DNA of 63,609 nt, the filler included, from Candidatus Omnitrophota bacterium (lineage in GTDB: Bacteria > Omnitrophota > Gorgyraeia > Zapsychrales > Zapsychraceae), in assembly GCA_015233495.1 (NCBI GenBank). It is 5 parts of 5 records of this genome, joined end to end, with 100 filler letters (N's around TTAATTAATTAA, not from the genome) between each part and the next. Parts side by side here need not be neighbours in the genome. Positions count along the whole stretch, not along the records: positions 28,798 to 42,027 come from JADFXQ010000049.1; 4 more parts are not named here. One strand, written 5' to 3'. Positions 29,479 to 40,090 of the stretch are shown one piece after another. Numbering within the stretch: the stretch's first letter is position 1; every line of letters begins with the position of its first letter. The translations under genes were made by a program, and so were the position numbers. The notes below the pieces were generated by a model. It had not been told where the DNA came from and made no database searches. It saw nothing but the letters and a program-made list of their open reading frames with translations.

Positions 29479-30000
29479 CTATGCCCCCCCGGGGATCACC
29501 GTGGTATATTTCCGCGGCTTACGGGGCGTCAATTTATCCATCATGGTTTTTTCATTAACGCGCAGCCGCTTGCTGATCGCGCCGCGGCGCCGCAATTCGC
29601 GCGGCCGATTGAATTCCAATGACAATTCTTTCATGTCCACCAACAAACGCTGGGCCGCCTCCCGGTCATTCCCGTCGAGTAAATCATGAATTTTTTCCAT
29701 CTGACCCAATTCCTGCGCCACCACGTAATTTAAACGTTTTTCGTTCTCTTCTTGCGGATCATCCACCAAACCAATCAATTCCCGATGCCAGACCTTCCAT
29801 AAACCGAACGCCTGACGGTATTGTTCGGCGGCGGAATAGACTTGCACCGGATAATCAATCGGCGTTAAAATCGGCTGCACCGCCGCGCTGTCATCTTTAT
29901 TTTTTTTACGCGTGAATTTTTTGCGCAGCGGTTCGCACCCCCAAACCGCGAAAACCGCGCAACATAAATAGACCAACATTATCGCCTTAAGCTTACGCAT
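29479..30000 (-). CDS. Putative lipoprotein
   Basis: Start at MRKLKAIML, lipobox-like VWGC. Overlaps the ligA stop. Confidence 0.65.
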   Translation of the reverse strand: MRKLKAIMLVYLCCAVFAVWGCEPLRKKFTRKKNKDDSAAVQPILTPIDYPVQVYSAAEQYRQAFGLWKVWHRELIGLVDDPQEENEKRLNYVVAQELGQMEKIHDLLDGNDREAAQRLLVDMKELSLEFNRPRELRRRGAISKRLRVNEKTMMDKLTPRKPRKYTTVIPGGA

Positions 30001-32017
30001 CAAGCAGCTCCTTGAACTGAGGTTCATCCAAAATCGTGATTTTTAATTCTTGGGCTTTGAAATATTTGGACCCGGGATTTTTTCCCGCTACCACAAAATC
30101 AGTTTTGCGGCTGACACTTTCGACAATATCCGCGCCTAAAGCCCGGGCTTGGGCCGCCGCTTCTTCCCGCGTCAGGGATTCCAGCTCACCGGTAAAAACA
30201 ATTTTCTTGCCCGACAAACGAAGCGCCGCGGCCACCGCCGGCCGCGGCTCCGTCATATTTACACCCGCTGTTTGCAAACGACTGATCAGCCGGCGCACCG
30301 ATTCCTGGCTAAAAAAATAAACAATCGACTCGGCCATGACCGGGCCGATCTCCCGAATACGCGCCAAATCCTCGCGCTTTGCCTGGCCCAGATGTTCCAA
30401 AGTTCCAAACTGCCGGGCCAAAATCCCGGCTGCTTTTTCGCCGATATTCATAATCCCCAGCCCGAACAAAAGCCGGGACAATGGCCGCGTCTTACTCGCG
30501 GCGATTGCTTTTAATAAATTATCCGCTTTTTTCTCCTTAAACAACTCACATTGTAGCAACGCGTCCCGGTCCAAATCATAAATATCCGCGATATTTTTTA
30601 AAACTCCCTGCGTCAACAACTGCCGCGCCGCCGCTTCGCCAAAACCCTGAATATCCATGGCTCCGCGGGAAGCAAAATGCAACAGCGCCCGTTCCAATTG
30701 TTTGGGGCAAGACGGATTTCCGCAGCGGTACGCCACTTCCTCGGCTTTCTCTTTGCGCACGGGTCCGCCGCATTCCGGACATTTTTCCGGCGAAGCCACA
30801 ACTTGCCTTCCCGGTTCAACGCTCGGGCGCAAAACTTTGACGACTTTGGGAATCACGTCGCCGGCGCGTTCGATCAAGACCCGGTCACCGACCGCGACCC
30901 CCAGTCGTTTTATCTCGTCAAAATTATGCAAAGTAACGCGGCTGATCGTTACCCCGCAGCATTCCACGGGACGCAGTTCCGCCACCGGAGTCAACACGCC
31001 GGTCCTCCCCACCTGAATCACGACGCGTTCGATGGTTGTGGCGGCTTGGGCCGCCGGGAATTTATACGCCACGGCCCAGCGGGGACTTTTTAACGTTGTC
31101 CCCAATTGCCGCTGATCCGCGAACGCGTTGACCTTGATCACCACCCCGTCCACTTCATAGGGCAGATCCGCCCGCTTCGCCTGAAACTCCTGGCAAAAAC
31201 CCAAAACCGCGTCGATATCTTGACAAAGCCGGCGATGCTCATTAACCCGAAACCCCCAAGCGCGGGCGGTTTCTAAAAAATCCCACTGAGTAGCAAGCGG
31301 TTTTCCGCCGATCAACATCCCGAAGGAATGGATATAAATCCGCAATTGCCGCCGGGCGGTTTCGCGGGTATCTAACAGCTTCAAAGCACCGCTGGTCGCG
31401 TTACGGGCGTTAGCGAACAAAGCCTCTTCCTGCCGTGCCCGGGATTGATTCAACCGCTCAAAATCTTCCCGGCTCATGTAAGCCTCACCGCGTATATCCA
31501 AAAATTCCGGAAAAGGCGTATCCGGATTGGCTTGCAGCCGCAGCGGCGCCCCGCGTATAGTTTTTACGCCGGAGCTTATATCTTCGCCAGTCACTCCGTC
31601 GCCGCGGGTCGAACCTATTGTCAGCTGTCCGTCCTCATACCAAAGCGCGACGCTCACCCCGTCCATTTTTAATTCCACGACGTACTCCATCCGCTCCCGG
31701 CCCAGCCCTTTCACGACCCGTTGATGCCATTCACGGATTTCCTGATCCGAATAAGTATTATCCAAAGAAAGCATTTTAACGCGATGCTCGACTGTCTTTC
31801 CCGCCGCCGAGAGGACCGCGCCCACTCGCTGGGTCGGCGAATCCGGAAAAATCAAATCCGGAAATTCCGCTTCCAACTCCCGCAGACGGCGCATTTTATC
31901 GTCATACTCCTTATCGGAAATCATGGGCTGGGAAAGCGCATAGTAGCGATAATTATGCTCTTCCAACTCTCGCGATAACCGCTCGATCTCTTGTTTTGCC
32001 TGCCGCGCATGAGTCAT
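29993..32017 (-). CDS. ligA: NAD-dependent DNA ligase
   Basis: ELKMDG adenylation motif, TRGDG, Zn finger, BRCT domain. Confidence 0.97.
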   Translation of the reverse strand: MTHARQAKQEIERLSRELEEHNYRYYALSQPMISDKEYDDKMRRLRELEAEFPDLIFPDSPTQRVGAVLSAAGKTVEHRVKMLSLDNTYSDQEIREWHQRVVKGLGRERMEYVVELKMDGVSVALWYEDGQLTIGSTRGDGVTGEDISSGVKTIRGAPLRLQANPDTPFPEFLDIRGEAYMSREDFERLNQSRARQEEALFANARNATSGALKLLDTRETARRQLRIYIHSFGMLIGGKPLATQWDFLETARAWGFRVNEHRRLCQDIDAVLGFCQEFQAKRADLPYEVDGVVIKVNAFADQRQLGTTLKSPRWAVAYKFPAAQAATTIERVVIQVGRTGVLTPVAELRPVECCGVTISRVTLHNFDEIKRLGVAVGDRVLIERAGDVIPKVVKVLRPSVEPGRQVVASPEKCPECGGPVRKEKAEEVAYRCGNPSCPKQLERALLHFASRGAMDIQGFGEAAARQLLTQGVLKNIADIYDLDRDALLQCELFKEKKADNLLKAIAASKTRPLSRLLFGLGIMNIGEKAAGILARQFGTLEHLGQAKREDLARIREIGPVMAESIVYFFSQESVRRLISRLQTAGVNMTEPRPAVAAALRLSGKKIVFTGELESLTREEAAAQARALGADIVESVSRKTDFVVAGKNPGSKYFKAQELKITILDEPQFKELLDA

Positions 32018-32121
32018 AAATGTTTATCCCATCATGAAACAATTACCCCCAAAACATCAACATCCCGACTCTCGCTCTTGCCTCTAACGTAGACCATCTT
32101 CCGTTTCCAATCCGCCGTCTT

Positions 32122-32391
32122 CTATCTTATCTCAAATCCGGTTTCGGTTTTTTCCGCGGCCGGGCAAAAACTAATTTGTTTATGCCGGATATACCCGGAA
32201 AAATGTTTTTCTATCCGCCGACAAAGCTCAACAATATCTTTTTCCGCGCCTTCCGCAAACAATTCTACTTCGGCCGAAGGCAAATTACGCACCCATCCGG
32301 TTAAACCAAGATCCCGGGCGTATTCCCGCGTCGTAAAACGAAACCCCACGCCCTGCACGCGACCCCGATAAATAATATTGGCTTGGAACAT
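32122..32391 (-). CDS. acyP: Acylphosphatase
   Basis: [14 protein letters not shown]. Confidence 0.93.
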   Translation of the reverse strand: MFQANIIYRGRVQGVGFRFTTREYARDLGLTGWVRNLPSAEVELFAEGAEKDIVELCRRIEKHFSGYIRHKQISFCPAAEKTETGFEIR

Positions 32392-32542
32392 AAAACGAAA
32401 ATTGTGATGATCAAAATTTTGTCAGCTATTAATGCCTGGAAAGGAGATAGGTGCTAGGCGACCGAGAGACGAACTGTTTGCTTTTTCCCCTCTCCTCTCT
32501 CCTCTCGCCTCTCTCTGACCAAAATTTGCCTGCGGCAAATTT

Positions 32543-32619
32543 TGGTCGGGAAGGGGGGATTTGAACCCCCGACCTCAACGTCCCGAACGTTGCGCGCTAG
32601 CCAGCTGCGCTACTTCCCG
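32543..32619 (-). tRNA. tRNA-Pro(CGG)
   Basis: CGGGAAG acceptor stem, anticodon arm CAACG-TTCGGGA-CGTTG, GTTCAAAT T-loop, encoded CCA. Confidence 0.95.
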
Positions 32620-32736
32620 ACAAAATGGATGTGGATAGTTTATCATCGCCGCGAACGAGCGTCAATGGCCCGCCGCGGGAATCATAAAAAAGGAAGGTGT
32701 TACAAACTTGCGCACGCCGGCGCGTCCGCAAATATA

Positions 32737-33171
32737 TTAGACTTCTTTAATGCCAAAACCGATTTCCGCGTCCGCTACCAATTTATCCAGCACGAAAGCC
32801 TTGGTTTTCAAAAATCCGACTTTCGGAAGCATCTTCACGGTTTCCACTTCAATCCGGATCTGATCACCCGGCACGACCGGCGCGTAAAATTTGGCCGTGA
32901 CTTTCGCGAGGTAATAAATCAGCTCCTTGCCCTGCATATTTTTGCTGTAATAAAAATAAATACACCCGGCTTGCGCCATGGCTTCAATTATCAACACGCC
33001 CGGCATCACTTTTTCATTCGGAAAATGCCCGACAAAGTGCTGCTCATTGATCGACACATTTTTTAGCGCTATCAATTTTTCGTTCGGCCGGCAATCCGTG
33101 ACCCGGTCAATCATTAAAAACGGAAACCGATGCGGGATGATTTTTTGAATTTCTAAGATATCCAATTCCAT
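32737..33171 (-). CDS. fabZ: 3-hydroxyacyl-ACP dehydratase
   Basis: PHRFPFLMIDRV, GHFP, MPGVLIIEAMAQ. Confidence 0.93.
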   Translation of the reverse strand: MELDILEIQKIIPHRFPFLMIDRVTDCRPNEKLIALKNVSINEQHFVGHFPNEKVMPGVLIIEAMAQAGCIYFYYSKNMQGKELIYYLAKVTAKFYAPVVPGDQIRIEVETVKMLPKVGFLKTKAFVLDKLVADAEIGFGIKEV

Positions 33172-33257
33172 AAAATCGCCTCCAAATGTTTATTCTATGT
33201 ACCACATAAATCAGCAAGCGTCAAATATTATTCCAGTTTCGCGTTTTTCCCCCTTCG

Positions 33258-36200
33258 CTAAACCGCTTTCAACCCATATTTCATAATCACTTCCCGCAAA
33301 GCCGAAAATTGAACTGGTTTCGCTAAACAAGCGTTCATCCCGGCTTGCACGGCAGCGGCTTGTTCTTCTTGCAACACGGCCGCAGTCAAGGCAATGATCG
33401 GAATATCTTGACTGATTTGCGCCCGGATGATTTTTGTCGCCTCCACGCCGTCCATTTCCGGCATATGCACGTCCATCAAACACAGATCATATCCCTTCAA
33501 TTTGATTTGCTCGATCGCTTGTCTGCCATCAAAAACGTAATCCGCAATACATCCCAGAATATTCAAATACTCTTTCATCAACTCCACATTCGCCATACTG
33601 TCTTCCACCAACAAAACCCTAACCCCTTTACAAGACACCTCCTGTGCCAAATGCTTGGTCACCACTGTCTTTGCCGCCCGCCGGTCGCCCAATACCGCGG
33701 CAATCACCTGAATCAAGTCCCCGGCCATAAAAGGTTTGGACAAATATCCGTCAAATCCCAATTGCGCCGCGGTTTCGCGATCGCCCACCCGTGGTTCAGC
33801 GGTAACAGCAACCATCTTGCTCTGGCCGAACCTTTGATCTTCCCGCACCTTTTTTAACAACTGCAAACAATCTTCCTTGCCGATTAAAAAATCAAACAAT
33901 AAAACATCCGGACAATTCCCTTCCCCGATCAACCGCTCCAAAGCCTGCCATGCCCCTGCCAAAGCGCTTTCCGCCGCTACCACCCGCATTCCCGCTTTCT
34001 CGCAATGTTGCCGGGTAATTTGGCGGGCTATTTCATTATCCTCTAAAATAAAAACTTTCTTGCCTGGCAACGCCTCCGGTTTGACCGGGACCAAGCGCGG
34101 CTCAATTTCTCCGGACACCTTGATAAACGGGATATCAAAAATAAATTCCGCTCCTTTCCCCTCCTGAGACTTAACCTGGATTGTCCCGCCCATGGCCTCG
34201 ACAAACGATTTTACAATAGTCAACCCCAATCCGGTGCCGCCATAGCGGCGCGTCGTGGACCCGTCCGCCTGAGTAAACGGAAAAAATATCGCCTCCAATT
34301 TATCCGCGGGAATACCGATCCCCGTGTCCTTCACCGCAAAACGCACCCGCGTTAACCCCGCGTCCGCCGGAATCCGCAAATCAATGTCGACAATCAAACC
34401 GATCCCGCCGGCATGAGTAAATTTGCCCGCGTTGCCTAAAAGATTGACCAAAACCTGCCGCAAACGAGTCGGATCGCCTTTCACCCGCGCCGGCACGTCC
34501 GGGCTGATGTCAACATAAGGATATACTTGACTGCTCTTGAGCCGCACCGCGATCATTTTAAACACATTGGTCACCAGATACGGCAAATCAAATTCAATTG
34601 ACTCCAATTGCACCCGCCCCGCTTCCATTTTCGATATATCTAAAATATCATCTATAATTTTCAACAAATGCTCGCCGCTGGTATTGATCATATCAATATA
34701 GTTTTTCTGTTTTGCCGGAAGTTCCGCGGTCTTCAACAGCTGACTAAACCCGATGATCGCGTTCATCGGCGTGCGGATCTCGTGTGACATATTGGCGAGA
34801 AACTGGCTTTTCGCCACATTGCTCGCTTCCGCAGCTTCCTTGGCCTTGAGCAATCTATCGTGTTCTAAAGACAATTCCTTGGTTCGTTCCGCGACCAAGG
34901 CCTCAGCCCGATAACGCCGGGTCACCATCCCGTTTAAAAACAAAGCGAATATGCCGGTCAGGAAAAATGAAATCGGCAAAATCCAACGGTACCCTGTCGG
35001 CAAATGCTCAGCTATAAAAGTTGTGCCCGGAACAATGGTGATGCGCCATTCCCGGTCCGCGATTTCCAAAGGCGCCTCATATTTTGTAGCAATATTGTTC
35101 CAATCCACGGTTCCCAAACGCAATTGGTGACGGTATAAAACCCGCTCGGCCAAAGGCGCGGCCGGATCTTCGATCAAACAGGCCAATCCCTCCGCCGGCA
35201 TTTTGGAATAAGCGTTTTTTAAAAATTCTTCCGTCGGATAAACCCCGGTTACAAACCCGCGCAACAGTTCCCGTCGTTCCGCCACAGTCCGCGGCTCCGT
35301 CTGGTTGACGTAAACCGGAACAAAAATCAAAAAACCGATTTTTTTCTGCTGAACCAGGACCAACGTGATCTGCCGCGTGGCGATCGGTCGGTTTTCATCG
35401 CGGCTTTTTTCCAACGCCTCCCGCCGCGCCGACTCTGATCCCAAATCAAATCCGGAGGCGGTTTCATTCCCCTTGACCGGTTCCGTATAATAAATCGGGA
35501 AATATTCCCGACGATCCGCAGCCGAGATCAAATCACCGGCCGCGTTTTTTTCCTGAAATTGAAACGCGGGAAAGCCGTCTTGTTTCGCCCGGTTCTCAAA
35601 ATCCGGCCGTTGGGCGCCGGTGACCCGGGGCGCCCATCCGATCGCCTGAATCACGCTGTCTTCCGTCAACGGCACGACAAAACGCCGAAAATCCTCCCGT
35701 CCCACGTTGGCGGAATTTTCCATAAACCGGCTAATATGGTCAAGCCGCTCGATTTGCAGTTTCATCGCTTGCGACACGCCGATGATCCGGGCCGCGGCCC
35801 GTTGCCGAAACAGAGCCTGAAACGTTTCAAAGCTGTTTTCCCTCGCTTGTTGGAATATGAAAAAACCGATGGCCAATCCGAGGACCATCACAATGATCCC
35901 CGGCCCCCACGCCAACAAAAGATCCGCGGCCAAACCCTCCTGCATCATATAAATGGACCGCGTCAGCCGCTGATTATATATAAACGTTAAAAGAAAAACC
36001 AGACAAAACGCGGCCATCAACAATATGGCTTTCAGCCTCTGCTTCGCGATCGCCTGTTGATAAGCCTGGGCGCTGACATCCATGGCCAAAGAGGCAATGA
36101 CTTCTCCGGTTTGCGCGTCGGAGATCACGGTGATCGCGGATATCCAGGCGCCCCACCGGTCCGTATAGGGCCCTTCGATAAACGCTCCGCCTTGAGAAAA

Positions 36201-37286
36201 AATCCGCTTAAACTCGGGCGTTGCCTCGTCGTACACCTGGCCGGGCGGCGATTCATCCGGACTCCCGGCCGGCTCCGAATCCGCCAAAAAAATTACTTGT
36301 CCTTTAACAAGCCGCGTCAGATAAATGAACCGGGATCCGGAATAATTTTGCCGCAAAGTTTGCAGCAATAATTTAAATTGCTGATAAACCGGATCATTCA
36401 CGTCCGCGGCCGTGCCGGACAATTTTTTAACTTTCAGAGAATCAATGGAAACCGCAATCTGCTGGATATCCGTCAACATCCGCTCTTTATATCTCGCTTG
36501 TTGCTGATCTCCCATCCAATCCGCGCCGAATTCACCTAAGCAAATCGTCACAATGACGCCGGCCGCCAAAACAACGCTTAATTTGTTAACCCCCATTTCC
36601 TTAAGATTTCCGACCCGCTTCTCATTCGCCTCACTGTAATACCAGATCGCGAAGGCGATCACCACAGCCAGGAGTCCGCGGACCAATTGAATGGGAAATC
36701 CGGCCCAGGCCAGAAAAGAGTCGTGATTAATGATCCCGGCCAAACCGAACAACGACTTGGGCGGAACCAATCCCCCGGCAAGGCCGTAAATCAAAAATAC
36801 GGCCGCGCCCACCCTGAGGGCCTGGCTCCCTGATTTTTCTCGACGAGAAATTTCCCAAAGCGCTAAAGCGGAATAAACACTGCCTAAAAACCCCAAAGCA
36901 AAACGGCACGACCCGTTCAATCCGGCGGCGCCCAAAACATACCCGTAGGCGGCTCCCAGCAATAAAGGCAGATAAATCCATAACCCGGCTTTAAATCGGT
37001 CTAATTTTTCGCACGCCGCCCTGCCGAATTCAATCAGAAAAATAAATGAAACCGTCATCACGATGAGGCGCGCCCATTTGAATGATTCACTGTCGCCCAA
37101 ACTGATCGAAAGCAAATCCAACCACTCATTGCATCCATGGGTTAAACCAAAAAGCCCGAGCCAAAACCAGGGGATATTAACTTGACGTTTTTTCTGCAGG
37201 GGAACACAAACTGCGGCCAAAAGAAGAAAAGCTAATCCATAAACAAAAAAGATCAGATCCAAGTGCGCCTGAAAAAACAGCTTCAT
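33258..37286 (-). CDS. Hybrid sensor histidine kinase (multi-TM sensor, Cache-like, CHASE, HisKA/HATPase, 2 REC)
   Basis: Start moved to MKLFFQ. FLANMSHEIRTPMN, NLLGNAGKF, DTGIG, GGTGLGL, CHASE signature GFDLGSE..RREAL, two receiver domains. Confidence 0.92.
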   Translation of the reverse strand: MKLFFQAHLDLIFFVYGLAFLLLAAVCVPLQKKRQVNIPWFWLGLFGLTHGCNEWLDLLSISLGDSESFKWARLIVMTVSFIFLIEFGRAACEKLDRFKAGLWIYLPLLLGAAYGYVLGAAGLNGSCRFALGFLGSVYSALALWEISRREKSGSQALRVGAAVFLIYGLAGGLVPPKSLFGLAGIINHDSFLAWAGFPIQLVRGLLAVVIAFAIWYYSEANEKRVGNLKEMGVNKLSVVLAAGVIVTICLGEFGADWMGDQQQARYKERMLTDIQQIAVSIDSLKVKKLSGTAADVNDPVYQQFKLLLQTLRQNYSGSRFIYLTRLVKGQVIFLADSEPAGSPDESPPGQVYDEATPEFKRIFSQGGAFIEGPYTDRWGAWISAITVISDAQTGEVIASLAMDVSAQAYQQAIAKQRLKAILLMAAFCLVFLLTFIYNQRLTRSIYMMQEGLAADLLLAWGPGIIVMVLGLAIGFFIFQQARENSFETFQALFRQRAAARIIGVSQAMKLQIERLDHISRFMENSANVGREDFRRFVVPLTEDSVIQAIGWAPRVTGAQRPDFENRAKQDGFPAFQFQEKNAAGDLISAADRREYFPIYYTEPVKGNETASGFDLGSESARREALEKSRDENRPIATRQITLVLVQQKKIGFLIFVPVYVNQTEPRTVAERRELLRGFVTGVYPTEEFLKNAYSKMPAEGLACLIEDPAAPLAERVLYRHQLRLGTVDWNNIATKYEAPLEIADREWRITIVPGTTFIAEHLPTGYRWILPISFFLTGIFALFLNGMVTRRYRAEALVAERTKELSLEHDRLLKAKEAAEASNVAKSQFLANMSHEIRTPMNAIIGFSQLLKTAELPAKQKNYIDMINTSGEHLLKIIDDILDISKMEAGRVQLESIEFDLPYLVTNVFKMIAVRLKSSQVYPYVDISPDVPARVKGDPTRLRQVLVNLLGNAGKFTHAGGIGLIVDIDLRIPADAGLTRVRFAVKDTGIGIPADKLEAIFFPFTQADGSTTRRYGGTGLGLTIVKSFVEAMGGTIQVKSQEGKGAEFIFDIPFIKVSGEIEPRLVPVKPEALPGKKVFILEDNEIARQITRQHCEKAGMRVVAAESALAGAWQALERLIGEGNCPDVLLFDFLIGKEDCLQLLKKVREDQRFGQSKMVAVTAEPRVGDRETAAQLGFDGYLSKPFMAGDLIQVIAAVLGDRRAAKTVVTKHLAQEVSCKGVRVLLVEDSMANVELMKEYLNILGCIADYVFDGRQAIEQIKLKGYDLCLMDVHMPEMDGVEATKIIRAQISQDIPIIALTAAVLQEEQAAAVQAGMNACLAKPVQFSALREVIMKYGLKAV

Positions 37287-37287
37287 G

Positions 37288-37908
37288 CTAACCGCGCTTT
37301 TTATAAATGTACGGATTGTCAGACTGCCCGTCCCGCGCCAAAACATACTTGGCTAAAATATCGGTTTCAATATTAACGCGGTCGCCTTTTTTAAGCAATC
37401 CCAAGGTAGTCACTTCGAGGGTGAAGGGGATCAAATACACCGAAAAAAAATTCCGGCGTACCGCGCCGACCGTCAAACTGACGCCGTCGATACACACAGA
37501 ACCTTTTGGCACAATATATTTCGCTAAATCTTGCTGAGTGGTCACTTGAATTTCAACATAATTGGGCAAGGTAATCACGGCGCGCACAGTTTCCATATGG
37601 TCAACGTGGCCGCTGACAAAATGGCCGCTGATCCGGTCGCTGACCTTAAGCGCCCGTTCTAAATTTACCCGGCTTCCGGATCCGACACTGCCCAAAGTCG
37701 TCTTCTCCAAAGTCTCTTTCATAATATCAAAAGAAAAAACTTTAGACTGCCGCCGCGTCACGGTCAAACACACGCCAGACACGCAAATGCTGTCCCCGGC
37801 TTTGGCGCCCGTAGCGGTTTTGCCGCCCCGAATAAACAGCGTCGACAAATTTTCTTGGCGCGCCACTTTTTCGACCACGCCTGTTTCTTCGGCGATACCG
37901 GAAAACAT
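37288..37908 (-). CDS. ribE: Riboflavin synthase
   Basis: Canonical N-terminus MFSGI at 37908, GDSICVSGVCLT, GHFVSGHVD, KGSVCIDGVSLT. Confidence 0.93.
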   Translation of the reverse strand: MFSGIAEETGVVEKVARQENLSTLFIRGGKTATGAKAGDSICVSGVCLTVTRRQSKVFSFDIMKETLEKTTLGSVGSGSRVNLERALKVSDRISGHFVSGHVDHMETVRAVITLPNYVEIQVTTQQDLAKYIVPKGSVCIDGVSLTVGAVRRNFFSVYLIPFTLEVTTLGLLKKGDRVNIETDILAKYVLARDGQSDNPYIYKKRG

Positions 37909-37914
37909 TTTTTC

Positions 37915-37969
37915 GCTCCCCCCCTCCCTGCCCTTCCCCACAGCTTGCCTGCCTGGCAGCCGGGGGGAG
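37915..37969. repeat. REP-like palindrome with a nested 18-bp TGCCTGCC..GGCAG insert
   Basis: cccctccctgcccttccccacag[cttgcctgcctggcagcc]ggggggag between ribD and ribE. Confidence 0.5.
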
Positions 37970-37973
37970 TAAA

Positions 37974-39059
37974 TCAAACGTACGCCTCAAATAAAAAATC
38001 TTTACCAATCGATCGAACCGTCATTTGTTTTAATACAATTGCCTTTGGCAAATCCCGAATATCCAACCCGGTCACTGAACTCAAGGCCTGCTGATCCCCC
38101 AAAATTTTCGGCGCCACATAAGCGTAGACCTTATCCGCCAATCCCGCCTTCAGCACCCGGCCCACAGTCGCCGCTCCGCCTTCCACTAAAATACTGCAAA
38201 TCCCGGCGGAAGCAAGCTGTTTGAAAAGAAAAATCAAATCAATTTCGCCCCGTTTTTCCGGACATACCAGAACGTTAACGCCCAGCTCCGCCAAACGTTT
38301 CCGCCGTGACAGCGGCGCCTGTTGAGTCACCGCCAACCAGCAATCCTGTGGCTGGGTCTTCGCGAATAATTTTGCTGACAAAGAAGTCTTGAAAGCCGGA
38401 TCCATAATAATTTTTTTTATCCGCTTGCCGCGCCGCCCCGCGTTCAGTCCCGGATCGTCCTGCTTGACCGTGCGCCGGCCGCAAAGTATCGCGTCATATT
38501 CATTGCGGATCCTCCGGGCAAAAGCCCGCGCCGCGTCGGACGTGATCCATTTCGATTTCCCGGCAGCCGTCGCGATTTTGCCGTCCAAAGTCTGGGCAAA
38601 CTTCACCGCCACAAACGGCATTTTTTGCTTCATATTTTTTATAAACACCTCATTTAACCTTTCCGCCTCCCGGCGCAAAACACCGACCCGGACCTTCACC
38701 CCTTGACTACGTAACTTAGCAATCGATTTCCCGTTCGTCAACGAATTCGGGTCTGACATCCCGATTACAACCTCACGCGCCCCGCTTTTGATCACCGCTT
38801 CCACGCAAGGCGGAGTATATCCCCAATGAAAACAAGGCTCTAAATTAACATACAAAGTCGCGCCAGCAGCCCGCGGTCCCGCCGCTTTAAACGCGGCAAC
38901 CTCGGCATGATCGCCGCCGCAGCGGCGATGATACCCCTCTCCCACAATCCGGCCATCCTTGACCAAAACCGCCCCAACCATGGGATTCGGAGATGTCCTC
39001 CCCTTACCAAGAGCGGCCAACTCCAAAGCCCGGCGCATAAATTTTTTATCCAGTTCCAT
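37974..39059 (-). CDS. ribD: Riboflavin biosynthesis deaminase/reductase
   Basis: Start moved to MELDKKF. PNPMVG, HAE, LEPC..TPPC, TLDGKIA, VEGG. Confidence 0.95.
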   Translation of the reverse strand: MELDKKFMRRALELAALGKGRTSPNPMVGAVLVKDGRIVGEGYHRRCGGDHAEVAAFKAAGPRAAGATLYVNLEPCFHWGYTPPCVEAVIKSGAREVVIGMSDPNSLTNGKSIAKLRSQGVKVRVGVLRREAERLNEVFIKNMKQKMPFVAVKFAQTLDGKIATAAGKSKWITSDAARAFARRIRNEYDAILCGRRTVKQDDPGLNAGRRGKRIKKIIMDPAFKTSLSAKLFAKTQPQDCWLAVTQQAPLSRRKRLAELGVNVLVCPEKRGEIDLIFLFKQLASAGICSILVEGGAATVGRVLKAGLADKVYAYVAPKILGDQQALSSVTGLDIRDLPKAIVLKQMTVRSIGKDFLFEAYV

Positions 39060-39213
39060 ATGTGTGCCACTTAAAAATAAATTTAGGAACGCATACTTAC
39101 TCAGCGAGAAGCGGGTTGGCAAGGTCTGTTTTCTGCCGCTTTGAGCGAAAGCTCCGTGCGGCAGACAACAGACCCGACCAACCGCCCAGCTTCGAGCGTC
39201 TTTTTAATCATGC

Positions 39214-39261
39214 GGCAGGCCTGCCTGCCGATAGGCAGGCCTGCCTGCCGATAGGCAGGCC
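39214..39261. repeat. Tandem 20-bp palindromic unit CCTGCCTGCCGATAGGCAGG x2
   Basis: Exact copies at 39220-39239 and 39240-39259, preceded by ggcagg. Confidence 0.85.
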
Positions 39262-39262
39262 G

Positions 39263-40090
39263 TCATGCTTCGAGCGTCTGCTTCATCGCCTCCACAAACC
39301 GGTACGGCAACCGTATCTTGCCGATAGCCGTGTTATCTTTACCCGCGCCGTGCGCGTCCGAACCGCCAGTCAACAATAAATTATGTTTGCGGCCAATTCC
39401 CTCGTAATATTCGATGATTGTTGACGACACATTCGGATAATATACCTCCAGCCCTCCCAAACCGTCCCGCACCATTGCCGGAATCATCTCATCCACCCGG
39501 GTCAGCATCGGATGCGCCAAAACCGCCACTCCGCCAAATTTTTTAATCAACGCAATCGCCTGAGCCGGAGTCTGCCGATACTTCGCTACATAAGCCGGAC
39601 CGCCTTCCGCTAAATACCGGTCAAAAGCGGTTTGCACATTTTTCACTAAACCTTTTTCCTTCATAATCATGGCCAAATGCATACGTCCGACCGCCGTAGT
39701 CCCGCCACGAGCGCAGACTTCTTCCAAGGAAATATCCCCGCCGGCTTTGATCCCATTCAACTTTTCCAGCATGCGTCCCATCCGGGCCACTCTTGAATCC
39801 TGCATCCGCAAAAGGTGCTGATGAAAATCCGGGTGCTGATAATCAAAAAAAAATCCCAAAATATGAATCTCCCGGTTCCCGGCCTCGCAAGAAAGTTCAA
39901 TCCCGGGAATGATTTCAACCCCGTGTGCCTGTCCCGCGGCAACCGCTTCTTCCATACCATCCACCGTGTCGTGGTCCGTAATCGCGATACAGCCGATTTG
40001 AAATTGCTTGGCTTGAAAAACCACTTGGGAGGGCGTTAAAGTGCTGTCGGAATAATTCGTGTGTAAATGCAGATCGGCGTATTCGATCAT
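39263..40090 (-). CDS. PHP-domain phosphoesterase (TrpH/YciV-like)
   Basis: [35 protein letters not shown]. Confidence 0.92.
   Translation of the reverse strand: MIEYADLHLHTNYSDSTLTPSQVVFQAKQFQIGCIAITDHDTVDGMEEAVAAGQAHGVEIIPGIELSCEAGNREIHILGFFFDYQHPDFHQHLLRMQDSRVARMGRMLEKLNGIKAGGDISLEEVCARGGTTAVGRMHLAMIMKEKGLVKNVQTAFDRYLAEGGPAYVAKYRQTPAQAIALIKKFGGVAVLAHPMLTRVDEMIPAMVRDGLGGLEVYYPNVSSTIIEYYEGIGRKHNLLLTGGSDAHGAGKDNTAIGKIRLPYRFVEAMKQTLEA

Noticed and set aside
32542..33066. 174-aa + strand ORF starting MVGKGGFEPPTS
   Set aside because: It is the antisense reading of tRNA-Pro and fabZ.
39214..39261. Possible CRISPR array
   Set aside because: Only two abutting 20-bp units, no spacers, and no cas genes in the window.
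39060..39262. FMN riboswitch upstream of ribD
   Set aside because: The conserved RFN sequence blocks are not present on either strand.
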